Positions 49,954-59,474 of a stretch of DNA of 64,000 nt are shown one piece after another. Where the stretch lies: positions 25,117 through 89,116 of the forward strand of contig JAAVAE010000014.1 in the NCBI GenBank assembly GCA_014804245.1, in the 5' to 3' direction. Under the pieces are notes generated by a model that saw only the letters and a list, made by a program, of their open reading frames with translations, made no database searches and was not told where the DNA came from. The translations under genes and the position numbers were made by a program. This stretch comes from Lachnospiraceae bacterium. Its GTDB lineage: Bacteria > Bacillota > Clostridia > Lachnospirales > Lachnospiraceae. Numbering within the stretch: the stretch's first letter is position 1; each line of letters begins with the position of its first letter.

Positions 49954-51498
49954 ATGGGCAAAAGAGGTGGAACATTGGTAAAAAGGGCAGGGAACTTGTT
50001 TACAACTGCATATTTATTGCTGATTTTTGGGGTATATCCTTTGTATATGAAACAAGGGTATGTGGATATCGGGAAGGCGAAGTACCAGTTCTTTATTTAT
50101 TGTTCTCTGGCGGCACTTGGTATTTTTACACTGATTGGTGTGATTTACGGAGGGCAGGTGATTTGTCGGCGTATCAGGCAGAAGGAAGCCTATCTCATTA
50201 ATTGGGATGGAATGTCGGTGACAGATGTATTTGTAATGTTGTATGCTACGGAAATTTTTGTTTCTTATGCTTTTTCTGACTATCGGAAGGAAGCTCTCTG
50301 GGGGACGGAGGGCTGGTATATTGGGTTGGTGCTTTTGCTTACCTTATGTGGGTTATATTTGTTTGTCTCCAGATTTTGGGGAGGGGAAAAGATCGTCTGG
50401 TATGTGGCGCTGGCAGTGTCGGGGACGGTTTTTCTTCTTGGTATTTTGGACCGGTTTTCAATTTATCTTCTCCCTATAGAAATCAGGGACGCTTCTTTCA
50501 TTTCTACGCTGGGAAATATTAATTGGTTTTGCGGGTATCTTTCGGTTTTGGCACCCATAGGTATCTGCCCGTTTTTGTTTCAGGAACGGGGAAAGGTGCT
50601 GTATGGTGTTTATGCGGTCATTGCATTTATGGCAGGATTTTGTCAGGGGGGAAGCAGCGTCTTTCTTTTCTTTGGCGCCTTATTTTTTATTTTACTATGG
50701 ATAGCTGTAAAAAAGAAGGAATGGGTCAGGGATTACCTTCTGCTAATTTTTTTATGGGGATTTTCGGCACAGCTGGTTCGCTTGATTCGTATGTTTGTGC
50801 CGGATGGGTATAATTATGATATGGATAATTTGTGCGGTTATCTGACAAATTCCAATATCACTTTGCTGATTGGTGCAGTTGCTTTGGGGGGGCATCTCTT
50901 CCTGCGCTTTATGTGGAAGGGATCTATAGATGACAGAAAACAGAGAAATATTCATAGAATCATGAGTCTGCTGCTGGGAGGCGGGATTCTGCTCTGGCTG
51001 GTGCTGACGGGAGTCAACACGTGGATAGGGATTCCCGGGCTTGAAAACAAGGATGGATTTTTGCTAAACAGAAAATGGGGAAATGGCAGAGGAGCAGCTA
51101 TTTACAATGGTCTTCGGATGTATGGTCAGATGTCGGTTTTCCAAAAACTGTTTGGGATAGGACCGGATTGTTTTTCTGCATATGCATATTCCCTGCCGGA
51201 AGTTGCGGGAGACCTTAGAGATTACTTTGGGGCTAACCGCCTGACCAATGCGCACAATGAATTTCTCACTGCCCTGGTAAATACAGGGATATTTGGTGTG
51301 TGCTTTTTTGCAGGTATTTTTATTTCTTTTGGAAGAAAGTGCATGAAAGAGAAAGAACAGAATGCGGAATTTTACTTTTTTGCTGTGTGCATTGCCTGCT
51401 ATTTTGTCCATAATATGGTGAGTTTTGCGCAGGTGTTGAATCTTCCTTTTTTATTTTTGATTTTGGGAATGGGAGAGGCGAAAAGAAGGTCGCAGTAA
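49954..51498 (+). CDS. O-antigen ligase (Wzy_C) family membrane protein
   Basis: Many TMs; STLGNIN, GRGAAI, FGIGPD, NAHNEFL...GIFG. Confidence 0.8.
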   Translation: MGKRGGTLVKRAGNLFTTAYLLLIFGVYPLYMKQGYVDIGKAKYQFFIYCSLAALGIFTLIGVIYGGQVICRRIRQKEAYLINWDGMSVTDVFVMLYATEIFVSYAFSDYRKEALWGTEGWYIGLVLLLTLCGLYLFVSRFWGGEKIVWYVALAVSGTVFLLGILDRFSIYLLPIEIRDASFISTLGNINWFCGYLSVLAPIGICPFLFQERGKVLYGVYAVIAFMAGFCQGGSSVFLFFGALFFILLWIAVKKKEWVRDYLLLIFLWGFSAQLVRLIRMFVPDGYNYDMDNLCGYLTNSNITLLIGAVALGGHLFLRFMWKGSIDDRKQRNIHRIMSLLLGGGILLWLVLTGVNTWIGIPGLENKDGFLLNRKWGNGRGAAIYNGLRMYGQMSVFQKLFGIGPDCFSAYAYSLPEVAGDLRDYFGANRLTNAHNEFLTALVNTGIFGVCFFAGIFISFGRKCMKEKEQNAEFYFFAVCIACYFVHNMVSFAQVLNLPFLFLILGMGEAKRRSQ

Positions 51499-51551
51499 CA
51501 GCTCAGTCCTGGTTCCGGGTATGGGGTGCAGTAGTTTTTGGAAGAAGTCTG

Positions 51552-51580
51552 TTGACAAATGCTTCTTTTTTATCTACAAT
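51552..51580 (+). promoter_or_regulatory. Sigma-A promoter of the proS leader
   Basis: TTGACA-17 bp-TACAAT. Confidence 0.75.
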
Positions 51581-51639
51581 CATGATACAGTTTGGTTCCG
51601 TGCAAAGCGGAGCATAAAAATAAAATAGCATCAAAGACG

Positions 51640-51920
51640 TGGCGAAGAAAAGGAATAGTACAGATAAGAAGCTTCCAGAGAGAAAATCCCTTATAGAGCA
51701 GACTCCATAGAGAATCTGCCGGAAGGAGCTGAAAGATTTTCAAGTGAAATATCCGGAACCTGCCTTGGAGTCCTGCATGAAAGTGCAGCGTAGCACCGGC
51801 GATAACGGTATGAAAAGAGAATGTTTACAACAGTGCTTAGTTTGTTGCATTAATTAGGGTGGTACCGCCGGTTTCCGGTCCCTTGCGGGGTGGAGAGGTG
51901 TGCCGCCCTTTGTGTTTTTG
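51640..51920 (+). promoter_or_regulatory. T-box riboswitch (Pro)
   Basis: AGUA, AGAGA bulge, GCUGAAA loop, specifier CCU (51759-51761), T-box AAUUAGGGUGGUACCGCC (about 51852-51869), downstream hairpin and U-rich tract; precedes proS. Confidence 0.92.
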
Positions 51921-52018
51921 TCTGGAAAGTCTATAGCTGGTACGGAGGCACGGACTTTTCGGTATAGGAATTGAAGTGGAAAGTAAAGAAGAAAGAACCG
52001 TACAGAAAAGAGGAGAAA

Positions 52019-53449
52019 ATGGCTGAGAAAAAATTAGTAGAAGCAATCACATCCATGAGCGAAGATTTTGCGCAGTGGTATACGGATGTGGTAAAAAAAG
52101 CAGAATTGATTGATTATTCCAATGTAAAGGGCTGTATGGTAATTAAGCCTGCCGGATATGCTATTTGGGAGAATATTCAGCGGCAGTTGGATGACAGATT
52201 CAAGGCAACCGGTGTGGAGAATGTATATATGCCTATGTTCATCCCGGAAAGTCTCCTGCAAAAGGAAAAAGATCATGTGGAGGGTTTTGCGCCTGAGGTT
52301 GCATGGGTGACCCATGGAGGACTTAATCCGCTTCAGGAAAGAATGTGTGTCAGACCTACTTCAGAAACCTTGTTCTGTGATTTTTATAAGGGAGATATTC
52401 ATTCTTACCGTGATCTGCCTAAAGTATATAATCAGTGGTGCAGCGTGGTGCGCTGGGAGAAGGAGACAAGACCATTTCTGCGCTCCCGGGAGTTCTTATG
52501 GCAGGAGGGGCATACTGCCCATGCTACTGCCCAGGAGGCACAGGAGAGAACAGAACAGATGCTGAACGTCTATGCTGATTTCTGCGAGGAAGTGCTTGCA
52601 ATTCCTGTTATTAAAGGGCGTAAGACGGATAAAGAAAAATTTGCAGGGGCGGAGGCGACTTACACCATAGAAGCACTGATGCATGATGGCAAGGCACTGC
52701 AGTCCGGTACCAGTCATAACTTTGGAGATGGTTTTGCAAAAGCTTTCGGCATTCAGTTTACAGATAAAGACAATCAGCTGAAATATGTGCATCAGACTTC
52801 ATGGGGAATGTCTACCAGAATTATCGGTGCAATCATTATGGTACATGGAGATGATTCGGGTCTGGTGCTGCCTCCTAAGATTGCACCCACGCAGGTCATG
52901 ATCATTCCGATTCAGCAGAAGAAGGAAGGCGTTCTTGACAAAGCATATGAACTGCGTGACAGATTAAAAGGTTTCCGCGTAAAAGTGGATGACAGTGATA
53001 AGAGTCCCGGATGGAAATTCTCTGAGCAGGAAATGAGGGGAATTCCTATGCGTGTGGAAATCGGACCGAAGGATATTGAGGCAGGCAAATGTGTTATCTG
53101 CCGCCGCGATACCAGAGAAAAGATTGAGGTAGAACTTGATAAACTGGAGGCGACGATAGCAGAACTCCTTGTAAAGATTCAAAAGGATATGTTGGAAAGG
53201 GCAAGAAAGCACCTTGAAGCACACACTTACACAGCAGGCAGCAGGGAAGAATTTGAAAAGATTTTTGAAGAGAAGGCAGGCTTTGTGAAAGCTATGTGGT
53301 GCGGAGAAACTGCCTGTGAGGAAGCCATCAAAGAAAATATGGCAGTTACCAGCAGGTGTATGCCTTTTGAACAGGAGTGCCTGTCGAAGGCTTGTGTTTA
53401 CTGTGGGAAACCAGCGAAGAAAATGGTATACTGGGGAAGAGCATATTAA
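52019..53449 (+). CDS. proS: Proline-tRNA ligase (archaeal/eukaryotic-type, no INS editing domain)
   Basis: [44 protein letters not shown]-terminal GRAY. Confidence 0.97.
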   Translation: MAEKKLVEAITSMSEDFAQWYTDVVKKAELIDYSNVKGCMVIKPAGYAIWENIQRQLDDRFKATGVENVYMPMFIPESLLQKEKDHVEGFAPEVAWVTHGGLNPLQERMCVRPTSETLFCDFYKGDIHSYRDLPKVYNQWCSVVRWEKETRPFLRSREFLWQEGHTAHATAQEAQERTEQMLNVYADFCEEVLAIPVIKGRKTDKEKFAGAEATYTIEALMHDGKALQSGTSHNFGDGFAKAFGIQFTDKDNQLKYVHQTSWGMSTRIIGAIIMVHGDDSGLVLPPKIAPTQVMIIPIQQKKEGVLDKAYELRDRLKGFRVKVDDSDKSPGWKFSEQEMRGIPMRVEIGPKDIEAGKCVICRRDTREKIEVELDKLEATIAELLVKIQKDMLERARKHLEAHTYTAGSREEFEKIFEEKAGFVKAMWCGETACEEAIKENMAVTSRCMPFEQECLSKACVYCGKPAKKMVYWGRAY

Positions 53450-53479
53450 TGACGCAGCAAGTTTAGAAGGAATTTACGA

Positions 53480-54823
53480 ATGCAGAATACAGTCATGATA
53501 CAATTACCTGAAAAAGTGAAATTTATTATAGATACCATCATGGAAGCCGGCTACGAAGCATATGCAGTAGGCGGCTGCATTCGTGACTTTATTTTGGGCA
53601 GAACGCCGGATGACTGGGATATCACTACCTCTGCAAAGCCGGATCAGGTAAAGGCGCTTTTCCCACGGACAATTGACACTGGGATACAGCATGGAACGGT
53701 TACGGTGATGCTGGACAAGGAAGGCTTTGAAGTCACTACCTATCGCATTGACGGTGAATACGAAGACGGCAGGCATCCTAAGGAAGTGACTTTCACGGCA
53801 AACCTGGTGGAGGACTTAAAGCGCAGGGATTTTACCATCAATGCCATGGCGTACAATGATAAAGCAGGGTTGGTGGATGCCTTTGAAGGCATGAGGGATA
53901 TAGAAAAAAAGGTCATCCGCTGTGTGGGAGACCCGATGCAGCGGTTTACTGAGGATGCACTGCGTTTGATGCGTGCCGTGCGCTTTTCTGCCCAGCTGGG
54001 ATATGAGATTGAAGAAAAGACGTTGGATGCTATGAGAGAGCTTTCCCCGAATCTGGTTCATATCAGTGCGGAAAGGATTCAAAGCGAACTGATAAAGCTG
54101 GTGATATCACCGCATCCGGAAAAGCTTCGGATTGCTTATGAAACGGGAATTACCAAAATCATATTGCCGGAGTTTGATGCATGTATGGAAACAGAACAGA
54201 ATAACCCTCACCATTGCTATAGTGTGGGAGAGCATACATTAAGGGCGATGCAGGAAATACGGGCGGATAAGGTGCTGCGCCTTGCCATGTTGTTCCATGA
54301 TATAGGCAAGCCCGGAACGCTTACGCTAGATGAGGAGGGAATTGTTCACTTTCATGGGCATCCGGCTCTTTCTGAGAAAATGACCCGGGATATTTTGAAG
54401 AGATTAAAGTTTGATAATGACACCATTTATATGACCACGAATCTGGTAAGATATCATGATTATGATGTTGAACCGGGACCTAAATATGTAAGGCGTGCGA
54501 TCATGAAGATAGGTGAGGATGTTTTTCCGCTTTTGTTCGATGTTAAGCTGGCAGATATAAAGGCTCAGAGCGCCTATATGCGTAAGGAGAAAGTAGAGAG
54601 GTTAGAGGCGGTCCGTCAGGTTTATGAAGAAATAGTTGCACAGAAGCAGTGTGTATCTTTAAAAACGCTTGCTGTTACGGGAAAAGACCTGATGAGGGAA
54701 ATGGGGATGCAGCCGGGACCGGAAATTGGATTAATACTTAAGAAGTTACTGGATCTTGTGATTGAAGATCCTTCCCTCAATGAAAAGGAAATTCTTATAA
54801 AGGCAGCAGAAGAATTTCAGTAA
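53480..54823 (+). CDS. cca: CCA tRNA nucleotidyltransferase with HD domain
   Basis: VGGCIRD, DWDITT, DLKRRDFTINA, EDALRLMR, SAERI, FHDIGK. Confidence 0.9.
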   Translation: MQNTVMIQLPEKVKFIIDTIMEAGYEAYAVGGCIRDFILGRTPDDWDITTSAKPDQVKALFPRTIDTGIQHGTVTVMLDKEGFEVTTYRIDGEYEDGRHPKEVTFTANLVEDLKRRDFTINAMAYNDKAGLVDAFEGMRDIEKKVIRCVGDPMQRFTEDALRLMRAVRFSAQLGYEIEEKTLDAMRELSPNLVHISAERIQSELIKLVISPHPEKLRIAYETGITKIILPEFDACMETEQNNPHHCYSVGEHTLRAMQEIRADKVLRLAMLFHDIGKPGTLTLDEEGIVHFHGHPALSEKMTRDILKRLKFDNDTIYMTTNLVRYHDYDVEPGPKYVRRAIMKIGEDVFPLLFDVKLADIKAQSAYMRKEKVERLEAVRQVYEEIVAQKQCVSLKTLAVTGKDLMREMGMQPGPEIGLILKKLLDLVIEDPSLNEKEILIKAAEEFQ

Positions 54824-54849
54824 TACTTTAAGGCGGTTACTCATATGAT
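54823..54849 (+). promoter_or_regulatory. Sigma-E/sigma-K-like promoter of the cotS-like gene
   Basis: ATA-16 bp-CATATGAT directly upstream of a spore coat gene. Confidence 0.45.
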
Positions 54850-54879
54850 AGGATATGACACGAATTGGGGGTAATCGCC

Positions 54880-55860
54880 GTGAATGACAGAAGCATCAGT
54901 CTGCTGGAAAATTATGATATAGAAGTGCTTCGTACCTGGAAGGGGCGGGGCGCTATTCTTTGTGAAACAAGGCAAGGGGTTCTGATTTTGAAAGAGTATG
55001 CCGGGCATAGGGAGAAGGCTGCTTTCCAGAATGCATTGCTTACCATGGTGAAGGAAAGGGGATTTGAGAACGTAGAAAGCATCCTTAAAAATAAGGAGCA
55101 GGAGCTTTTGACGCAGGATCAAGATGGAACCTTATATATTCTTAAAACATATTTTGAAGGACGGGAATGCAATGTTAAGGATATGGAGGAATGCAGGCAG
55201 GCAGTGAGGGTGCTTGCCCAGTTTCATAATGTATCTTATGCTGATAGTTCCCTGCTATCCGGTGTGGGTGAGCCGCGCTATGCTTATATGGAATTTGAAA
55301 AACATAACAAAGAGCTTCGAAGGGTCAGAAAATACCTGAAAGACCGGGGTCAGAAAACGGATTTTGAGATCTGCCTGATCAAGAATTATGATTACTTTTT
55401 TAACTTGGCACTGCAGCTTGCCGAGGAACTTCGGTTTTATCAAAAAGAGGAAGAAAAGCGGTTCATATGCCATGGCGATTATCAATATCATAATATTATC
55501 GTTGCCGGTGATCAGATGAATCTGATTAATTTTGAAAAATGTGTTTCCGAGAGCCCGGTCAGAGATTTATATTTGTTTATGAGAAAGCTGCTTGAGAAGA
55601 GCGGCTGGGTAGAGAGTATAGGTTTTGAGCTGGTGGATACATATGAAAAAGTAAGACCCATGGAAAAGGAAGAATATCGGCAATTATATTACCGGCTGGC
55701 TTATCCGGAGAAATTTTGGAAAATTGTCAATTTTTATTATAATTCCGGTAAGGCGTGGATTCCCGGAAAAAATCTGGAAAAGCTGAATAAAGTGACGGAA
55801 CAAGAAAAAGATAAACAGAAATTTCTTGAAAAGTTCAAGAGCCGATATGGAATATCGTAA
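54880..55860 (+). CDS. CotS-family spore coat protein (kinase-like fold)
   Basis: LAQFH, CHGDYQYHN, LINFE, RDLYLFMRK, LAYPEKFWK. Confidence 0.85.
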   Translation: MNDRSISLLENYDIEVLRTWKGRGAILCETRQGVLILKEYAGHREKAAFQNALLTMVKERGFENVESILKNKEQELLTQDQDGTLYILKTYFEGRECNVKDMEECRQAVRVLAQFHNVSYADSSLLSGVGEPRYAYMEFEKHNKELRRVRKYLKDRGQKTDFEICLIKNYDYFFNLALQLAEELRFYQKEEEKRFICHGDYQYHNIIVAGDQMNLINFEKCVSESPVRDLYLFMRKLLEKSGWVESIGFELVDTYEKVRPMEKEEYRQLYYRLAYPEKFWKIVNFYYNSGKAWIPGKNLEKLNKVTEQEKDKQKFLEKFKSRYGIS

Positions 55861-55983
55861 AGTACAAAAGACAGTTTGAACTGCCACCTTTTAACAACTG
55901 CACATAAAGGTTTGACTAATTTGGGCTTCGTGGTATACTCTAAATTAGAAAACTAAGATTGTTTGTATTTGAGGAATAGGAAT

Positions 55984-57408
55984 ATGATGAATAGAAATAA
56001 AATACAAAAGATGATAAAACCTCTTCTTTGCGGACTATGTCTTATATTGACTGGATGCAGTGCCGCCAGTATGGCACGTGAATCAACTTTTGAGAGTGCT
56101 TATGAAAACGGTGAGCAGGAAGAGCCTGTGAATATTTACACCTCTGCCGCTTCTGCGGTTATCAAATCTGTTAATGCACAGGACCAGACAATAAGCGTAT
56201 ATCTGATAGAAAGGAAGGAAAACAGGACCTTAAGCTATGATGGTGCCACAATGGTTCAGGATAAGTATGGCAGTGCCATGAGTATGGTACAGCTTAAGGC
56301 AGGGGATGTGGCTGATCTTACATATAACAGTGAGCTTGACAGAGCGGGTTCTGTTGTACTTTCAGGAGATGCGTGGAGCTATGAAGGTGTAGTGAAATAT
56401 AATCTGGACGCAGGGAAGGGAAGCGCCGCCATTGGTGATGAGACTTACAGCATAGATGAGACGGTGCTCGCATTTTCAGACGGCAGACCAATTGAAACGG
56501 ATGAGATCATCCATCAGGATGTTTTGACTTTCCGCGGAAAAGGGCATAGCATTATAAGCATCACAGTGGATAAAGGGCATGGATATCTGGATCTTGTAAA
56601 TGACGAGGCAGTTTTGGGAGGATGGATAGAGATCGGACAAACTGTCATTTCCCAGATTGCGCCGGATATGTTGTTTACGGTTCCTGAGGGAAATTATAGT
56701 GTCAGACTTACCGGTGCAGGGATTGATGAAACACGGGAGATAACGATTGAGAGAAATAAGGAAACGGTGCTGGATCTTGGAGATATTGAGATACCGGAAC
56801 CGGAAAATGGAGTTGTAAAATTTGAAATCATACCGGAAACAGCAGTCGTGTATGTGGATGATGCCAGGGTAGACACTACATATCCAGTCAGATTGTCCAT
56901 GGGACTCCATCAGGTGACGGCAAAGGCATCGGGCTATGATACCCTTTCGGAATATTTCCAGGTGGAGAAAGAGACAACCACGGTCAAAATGAATTTAACG
57001 GAGGCTGCCACTGTTTCCGGAAATAATATTGCGCCAAGTGTGAGTGAAGGCAGCAGAATCACAATCGAAGCACCTTCGGGTGTGGATGTGTATCAGGATA
57101 ATCTATACAAAGGAATTGCACCGGTTACTTATACCAAGACTGCCGGTGAGCATACGATTACGCTGCGCAGGACAGGATATATTACCAGAAGCTACAGTAT
57201 CACGGTTCCGGATGACAATCAGGATGTGACGTATTCTTTCCCGGAACTGGATCCTGAAAACACGGAAGCTACATCTAAGGATACATTAGGAGATTATACA
57301 GTGAGTGGAAATACGCTAATTAGAAATACGGTTAGCGGTAATTCCGTAAGCGGCAATACGGTTAGCGGTAATTCGGCAAGTGATAATTCGATTATTGATA
57401 GAAAATAA
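55984..57408 (+). CDS. PEGA-domain lipoprotein with C-terminal VSGN repeats
   Basis: Lipobox ILTGC; PEGNY, GLHQVT..ASGY and GEHTITLRRTGY PEGA-like repeats. Confidence 0.75.
   Translation: MMNRNKIQKMIKPLLCGLCLILTGCSAASMARESTFESAYENGEQEEPVNIYTSAASAVIKSVNAQDQTISVYLIERKENRTLSYDGATMVQDKYGSAMSMVQLKAGDVADLTYNSELDRAGSVVLSGDAWSYEGVVKYNLDAGKGSAAIGDETYSIDETVLAFSDGRPIETDEIIHQDVLTFRGKGHSIISITVDKGHGYLDLVNDEAVLGGWIEIGQTVISQIAPDMLFTVPEGNYSVRLTGAGIDETREITIERNKETVLDLGDIEIPEPENGVVKFEIIPETAVVYVDDARVDTTYPVRLSMGLHQVTAKASGYDTLSEYFQVEKETTTVKMNLTEAATVSGNNIAPSVSEGSRITIEAPSGVDVYQDNLYKGIAPVTYTKTAGEHTITLRRTGYITRSYSITVPDDNQDVTYSFPELDPENTEATSKDTLGDYTVSGNTLIRNTVSGNSVSGNTVSGNSASDNSIIDRK
57298..57390 (+). repeat. 15-bp-period coding repeat, (T/S)VSGN
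   Basis: AATACGGTTAGCGGTAATTC at 57325 and 57355; protein TVSGNTLIRNTVSGNSVSGNTVSGNSASDNS. Confidence 0.8.
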
Positions 57409-57555
57409 GGCGAAAAAACCTTGGAAACCGCATAAAAAGTGCATAAATAGGAAATATTTCTTGACAAATATATTTAAAAACGATATATATAGATATAGGC
57501 GTTTCAAAAGAGACATCTACGAAAAAAACACTCATATAAAGAGGAGGAGTTCGAA

Positions 57556-57831
57556 ATGAACAAAACAGAATTAGTTGTAGCTATGGCAGAACAGGCTGAA
57601 TTATCCAAGAAAGATGCAGAAAAGGCTTTAAAGGCTTTTATTGATGTTGTATCCGAGGAATTAAAGAAAGATGGAAAGGTTCAGCTGGTTGGCTTTGGTA
57701 CTTTTGAAGTATCCAAGAGAGCAGCCAGAGAAGGCAGAAATCCTCAGACAGGCGAGGTAATGCCTATTGCAGCTTCTAAAGCACCTAAATTCAAAGCTGG
57801 TAAGGCTTTAAAGGATTTAGTAAACGAATAA
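57556..57831 (+). CDS. hup: DNA-binding protein HU
   Basis: MNKTELV, VQLVGFGTF, GRNPQTG, PKFKAGKALKD. Confidence 0.97.
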   Translation: MNKTELVVAMAEQAELSKKDAEKALKAFIDVVSEELKKDGKVQLVGFGTFEVSKRAAREGRNPQTGEVMPIAASKAPKFKAGKALKDLVNE

Positions 57832-57845
57832 GATAAACTATTAGA

Positions 57846-57873
57846 GAAGGCCTGCACCCGCAGGTCTTTTTTT
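57846..57873 (+). terminator. Intrinsic terminator after hup
   Basis: GAAGGCCTGC-accc-GCAGGTC followed by T7. Confidence 0.8.
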
Positions 57874-57921
57874 CCAGTAAGCCCATGTGAAGCGGGCATC
57901 TGGTCCAGTAAGAGAGGATAT

Positions 57922-58161
57922 ATGAGATTAGATAAATATTTAAAAGTTTCCCGCCTAATCAAAAGAAGAAGTGTTGCCAATGAAGCTTGTGATGCAGGAA
58001 GAGTCCTTATTAATGATAAGCCTGCAAAAGCTTCAGCAAATGTGAAAGCGGGAGATATAATAACGATTGCATTTGGGAATAAGGATGTCCGGGTCGAAGT
58101 ATTGAATGTGCAGGAAACGGTCAGGAAAGAAGAAGCCAAAGAATTGTTCCGTTATTTATAA
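57922..58161 (+). CDS. yabO: S4-domain RNA-binding protein (YabO/RqcP)
   Basis: MRLDKYLKVSRLIKRR..A.EAC..GRV; conserved synteny. Confidence 0.92.
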   Translation: MRLDKYLKVSRLIKRRSVANEACDAGRVLINDKPAKASANVKAGDIITIAFGNKDVRVEVLNVQETVRKEEAKELFRYL

Positions 58162-58237
58162 TTTTGTAAAAAGTGATTCTACAACAGCAAGTCTCCTAAT
58201 ATAATTTTCTAGAGAAGATTGTATCAGGAGGCTTATT

Positions 58238-58528
58238 ATGGAAGAACTGACCAATATGAACAAACGTGCGCATAAGCTGATACTGAATAATAGAAGGAGC
58301 TGTAATCTGACAGGGGTCAATGATGTTCTGTCCTTTGATGAGCATGAGATTATCCTGGAAACAGAACAGGGCATGTTGATGATCAAGGGAGTCGAACTGC
58401 ATGTGAGCAGGCTTACCCTGGATAAGGGAGAGGTAGATGTTGACGGAAGGATAGACAGTCTCACTTATTCGGAACAGTCCGGGATGAACGCTAAGGGAGA
58501 GTCCTTACTGTCCAGATTGTTTAAGTAG
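58238..58528 (+). CDS. yabP: Sporulation protein YabP
   Basis: HKLILNNR...TGVNDVLSFDE...LETEQG, C-terminal SRLFK. Confidence 0.93.
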   Translation: MEELTNMNKRAHKLILNNRRSCNLTGVNDVLSFDEHEIILETEQGMLMIKGVELHVSRLTLDKGEVDVDGRIDSLTYSEQSGMNAKGESLLSRLFK

Positions 58529-58534
58529 GTGCCT

Positions 58535-59023
58535 ATGAGCCAGAATATTATAAATGAGGTGGTCTTTCTCCTGCACTCCTTCCTGTTGGGGATAGCAATT
58601 ACATTTGTATATGATGGTTTCTTGATTTTGCGCAGGCTGATCAGACACAGCCTCTTTCTGATTTCAGTGGAGGACATGATTTTCTGGATAGCCTGTGCAA
58701 TTGGTGTTTTTTATATGCTTTATGAAGAAAACAACGGAATACTAAGGTGGTTTGCTGTGTTTGGCGCGACACTGGGAATGATAGCATATAAAAAGAGCAT
58801 CAGTCCGCTGATTGTCAATATTCTTTCGACAATCATAAGGCAGATTTTTCATGTACTTTTTCGTGTGATCAGATTTTTATTAAAACCGGTCAGATTCCTC
58901 GGAAAAAAGCTGGGAGGAGCCCTGAAGGTTTCTTCCAGAAAGGGAAGAAAAGTGGGAAAATCTATGAAAAACAAGTTGACGGGCAGGATGAAATTACTTA
59001 AAATAACATTATGTAAACATTAG
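58535..59023 (+). CDS. yabQ: Spore cortex biosynthesis protein YabQ
   Basis: YD...RR, EDMIFW, NNGILR; basic C-terminus; follows yabP. Confidence 0.9.
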   Translation: MSQNIINEVVFLLHSFLLGIAITFVYDGFLILRRLIRHSLFLISVEDMIFWIACAIGVFYMLYEENNGILRWFAVFGATLGMIAYKKSISPLIVNILSTIIRQIFHVLFRVIRFLLKPVRFLGKKLGGALKVSSRKGRKVGKSMKNKLTGRMKLLKITLCKH

Positions 59024-59050
59024 CAGATTTGAAAGAATGAAGGTATCGTT

Positions 59051-59356
59051 ATGGCAAGGAAAGCTGCATACAGGAGAAGACAGCAGAATCGTTTTGGGAT
59101 GTTTCTGGTTTCTCTGGTCGTGCTCATGCTGCTGGTCGTGGTGGCTTTTAACAGCATAGGACTTATGGCGAAGAAAGAAGCTTATCAGCAGAAGGAAGCG
59201 GCGTTGGAGGAGCAGATTGCAGCGGAGCAGGAACGGGCGCAGGAAATAGAGGAATTTGAAAAATATACGCACACCAAAAAGTACATTGAAGAGGTGGCAA
59301 GAGAGAAACTGGGACTGGTATATGAGGGCGAGATATTATTTGAAGATGAGAATTAA
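59051..59356 (+). CDS. divIC: Septum formation initiator (DivIC/FtsB)
   Basis: Basic N-terminus, TM, coiled coil, YIEEVAREKLGLV..GE. Confidence 0.88.
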   Translation: MARKAAYRRRQQNRFGMFLVSLVVLMLLVVVAFNSIGLMAKKEAYQQKEAALEEQIAAEQERAQEIEEFEKYTHTKKYIEEVAREKLGLVYEGEILFEDEN

Positions 59357-59385
59357 AGCAGGCGGATGAATCCCCTGCTTTTTTT
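59355..59385 (+). terminator. Intrinsic terminator after divIC
   Basis: AAAGCAGG...CCTGC followed by T7. Confidence 0.8.
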
Positions 59386-59450
59386 GTCAAAATATTTTCT
59401 GTTTTTGATACGTATTTATGACAAAATACGTACTGCTTGCTGTGTATAAT
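59385..59450 (+). promoter_or_regulatory. spoIIE-type Spo0A-dependent promoter
   Basis: 0A-box-like TGTCAAA (59385) and TGACAAA (59419); ATGACA-21 bp-TATAAT over-long spacer. Confidence 0.6.
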
Positions 59451-59474
59451 AATCCTTTGCAGGAGGAAGCGGCT

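Noticed and set aside
52019-53449. Archaeal/eukaryotic-type ProRS as a recent horizontal transfer
   Set aside because: This type is common in Clostridia and sits under a native T-box in a housekeeping context.
59357-59474. spoIIE as a truncated pseudogene
   Set aside because: No TM-coding remnant; terminator, promoter, RBS and PP2C motifs are intact.
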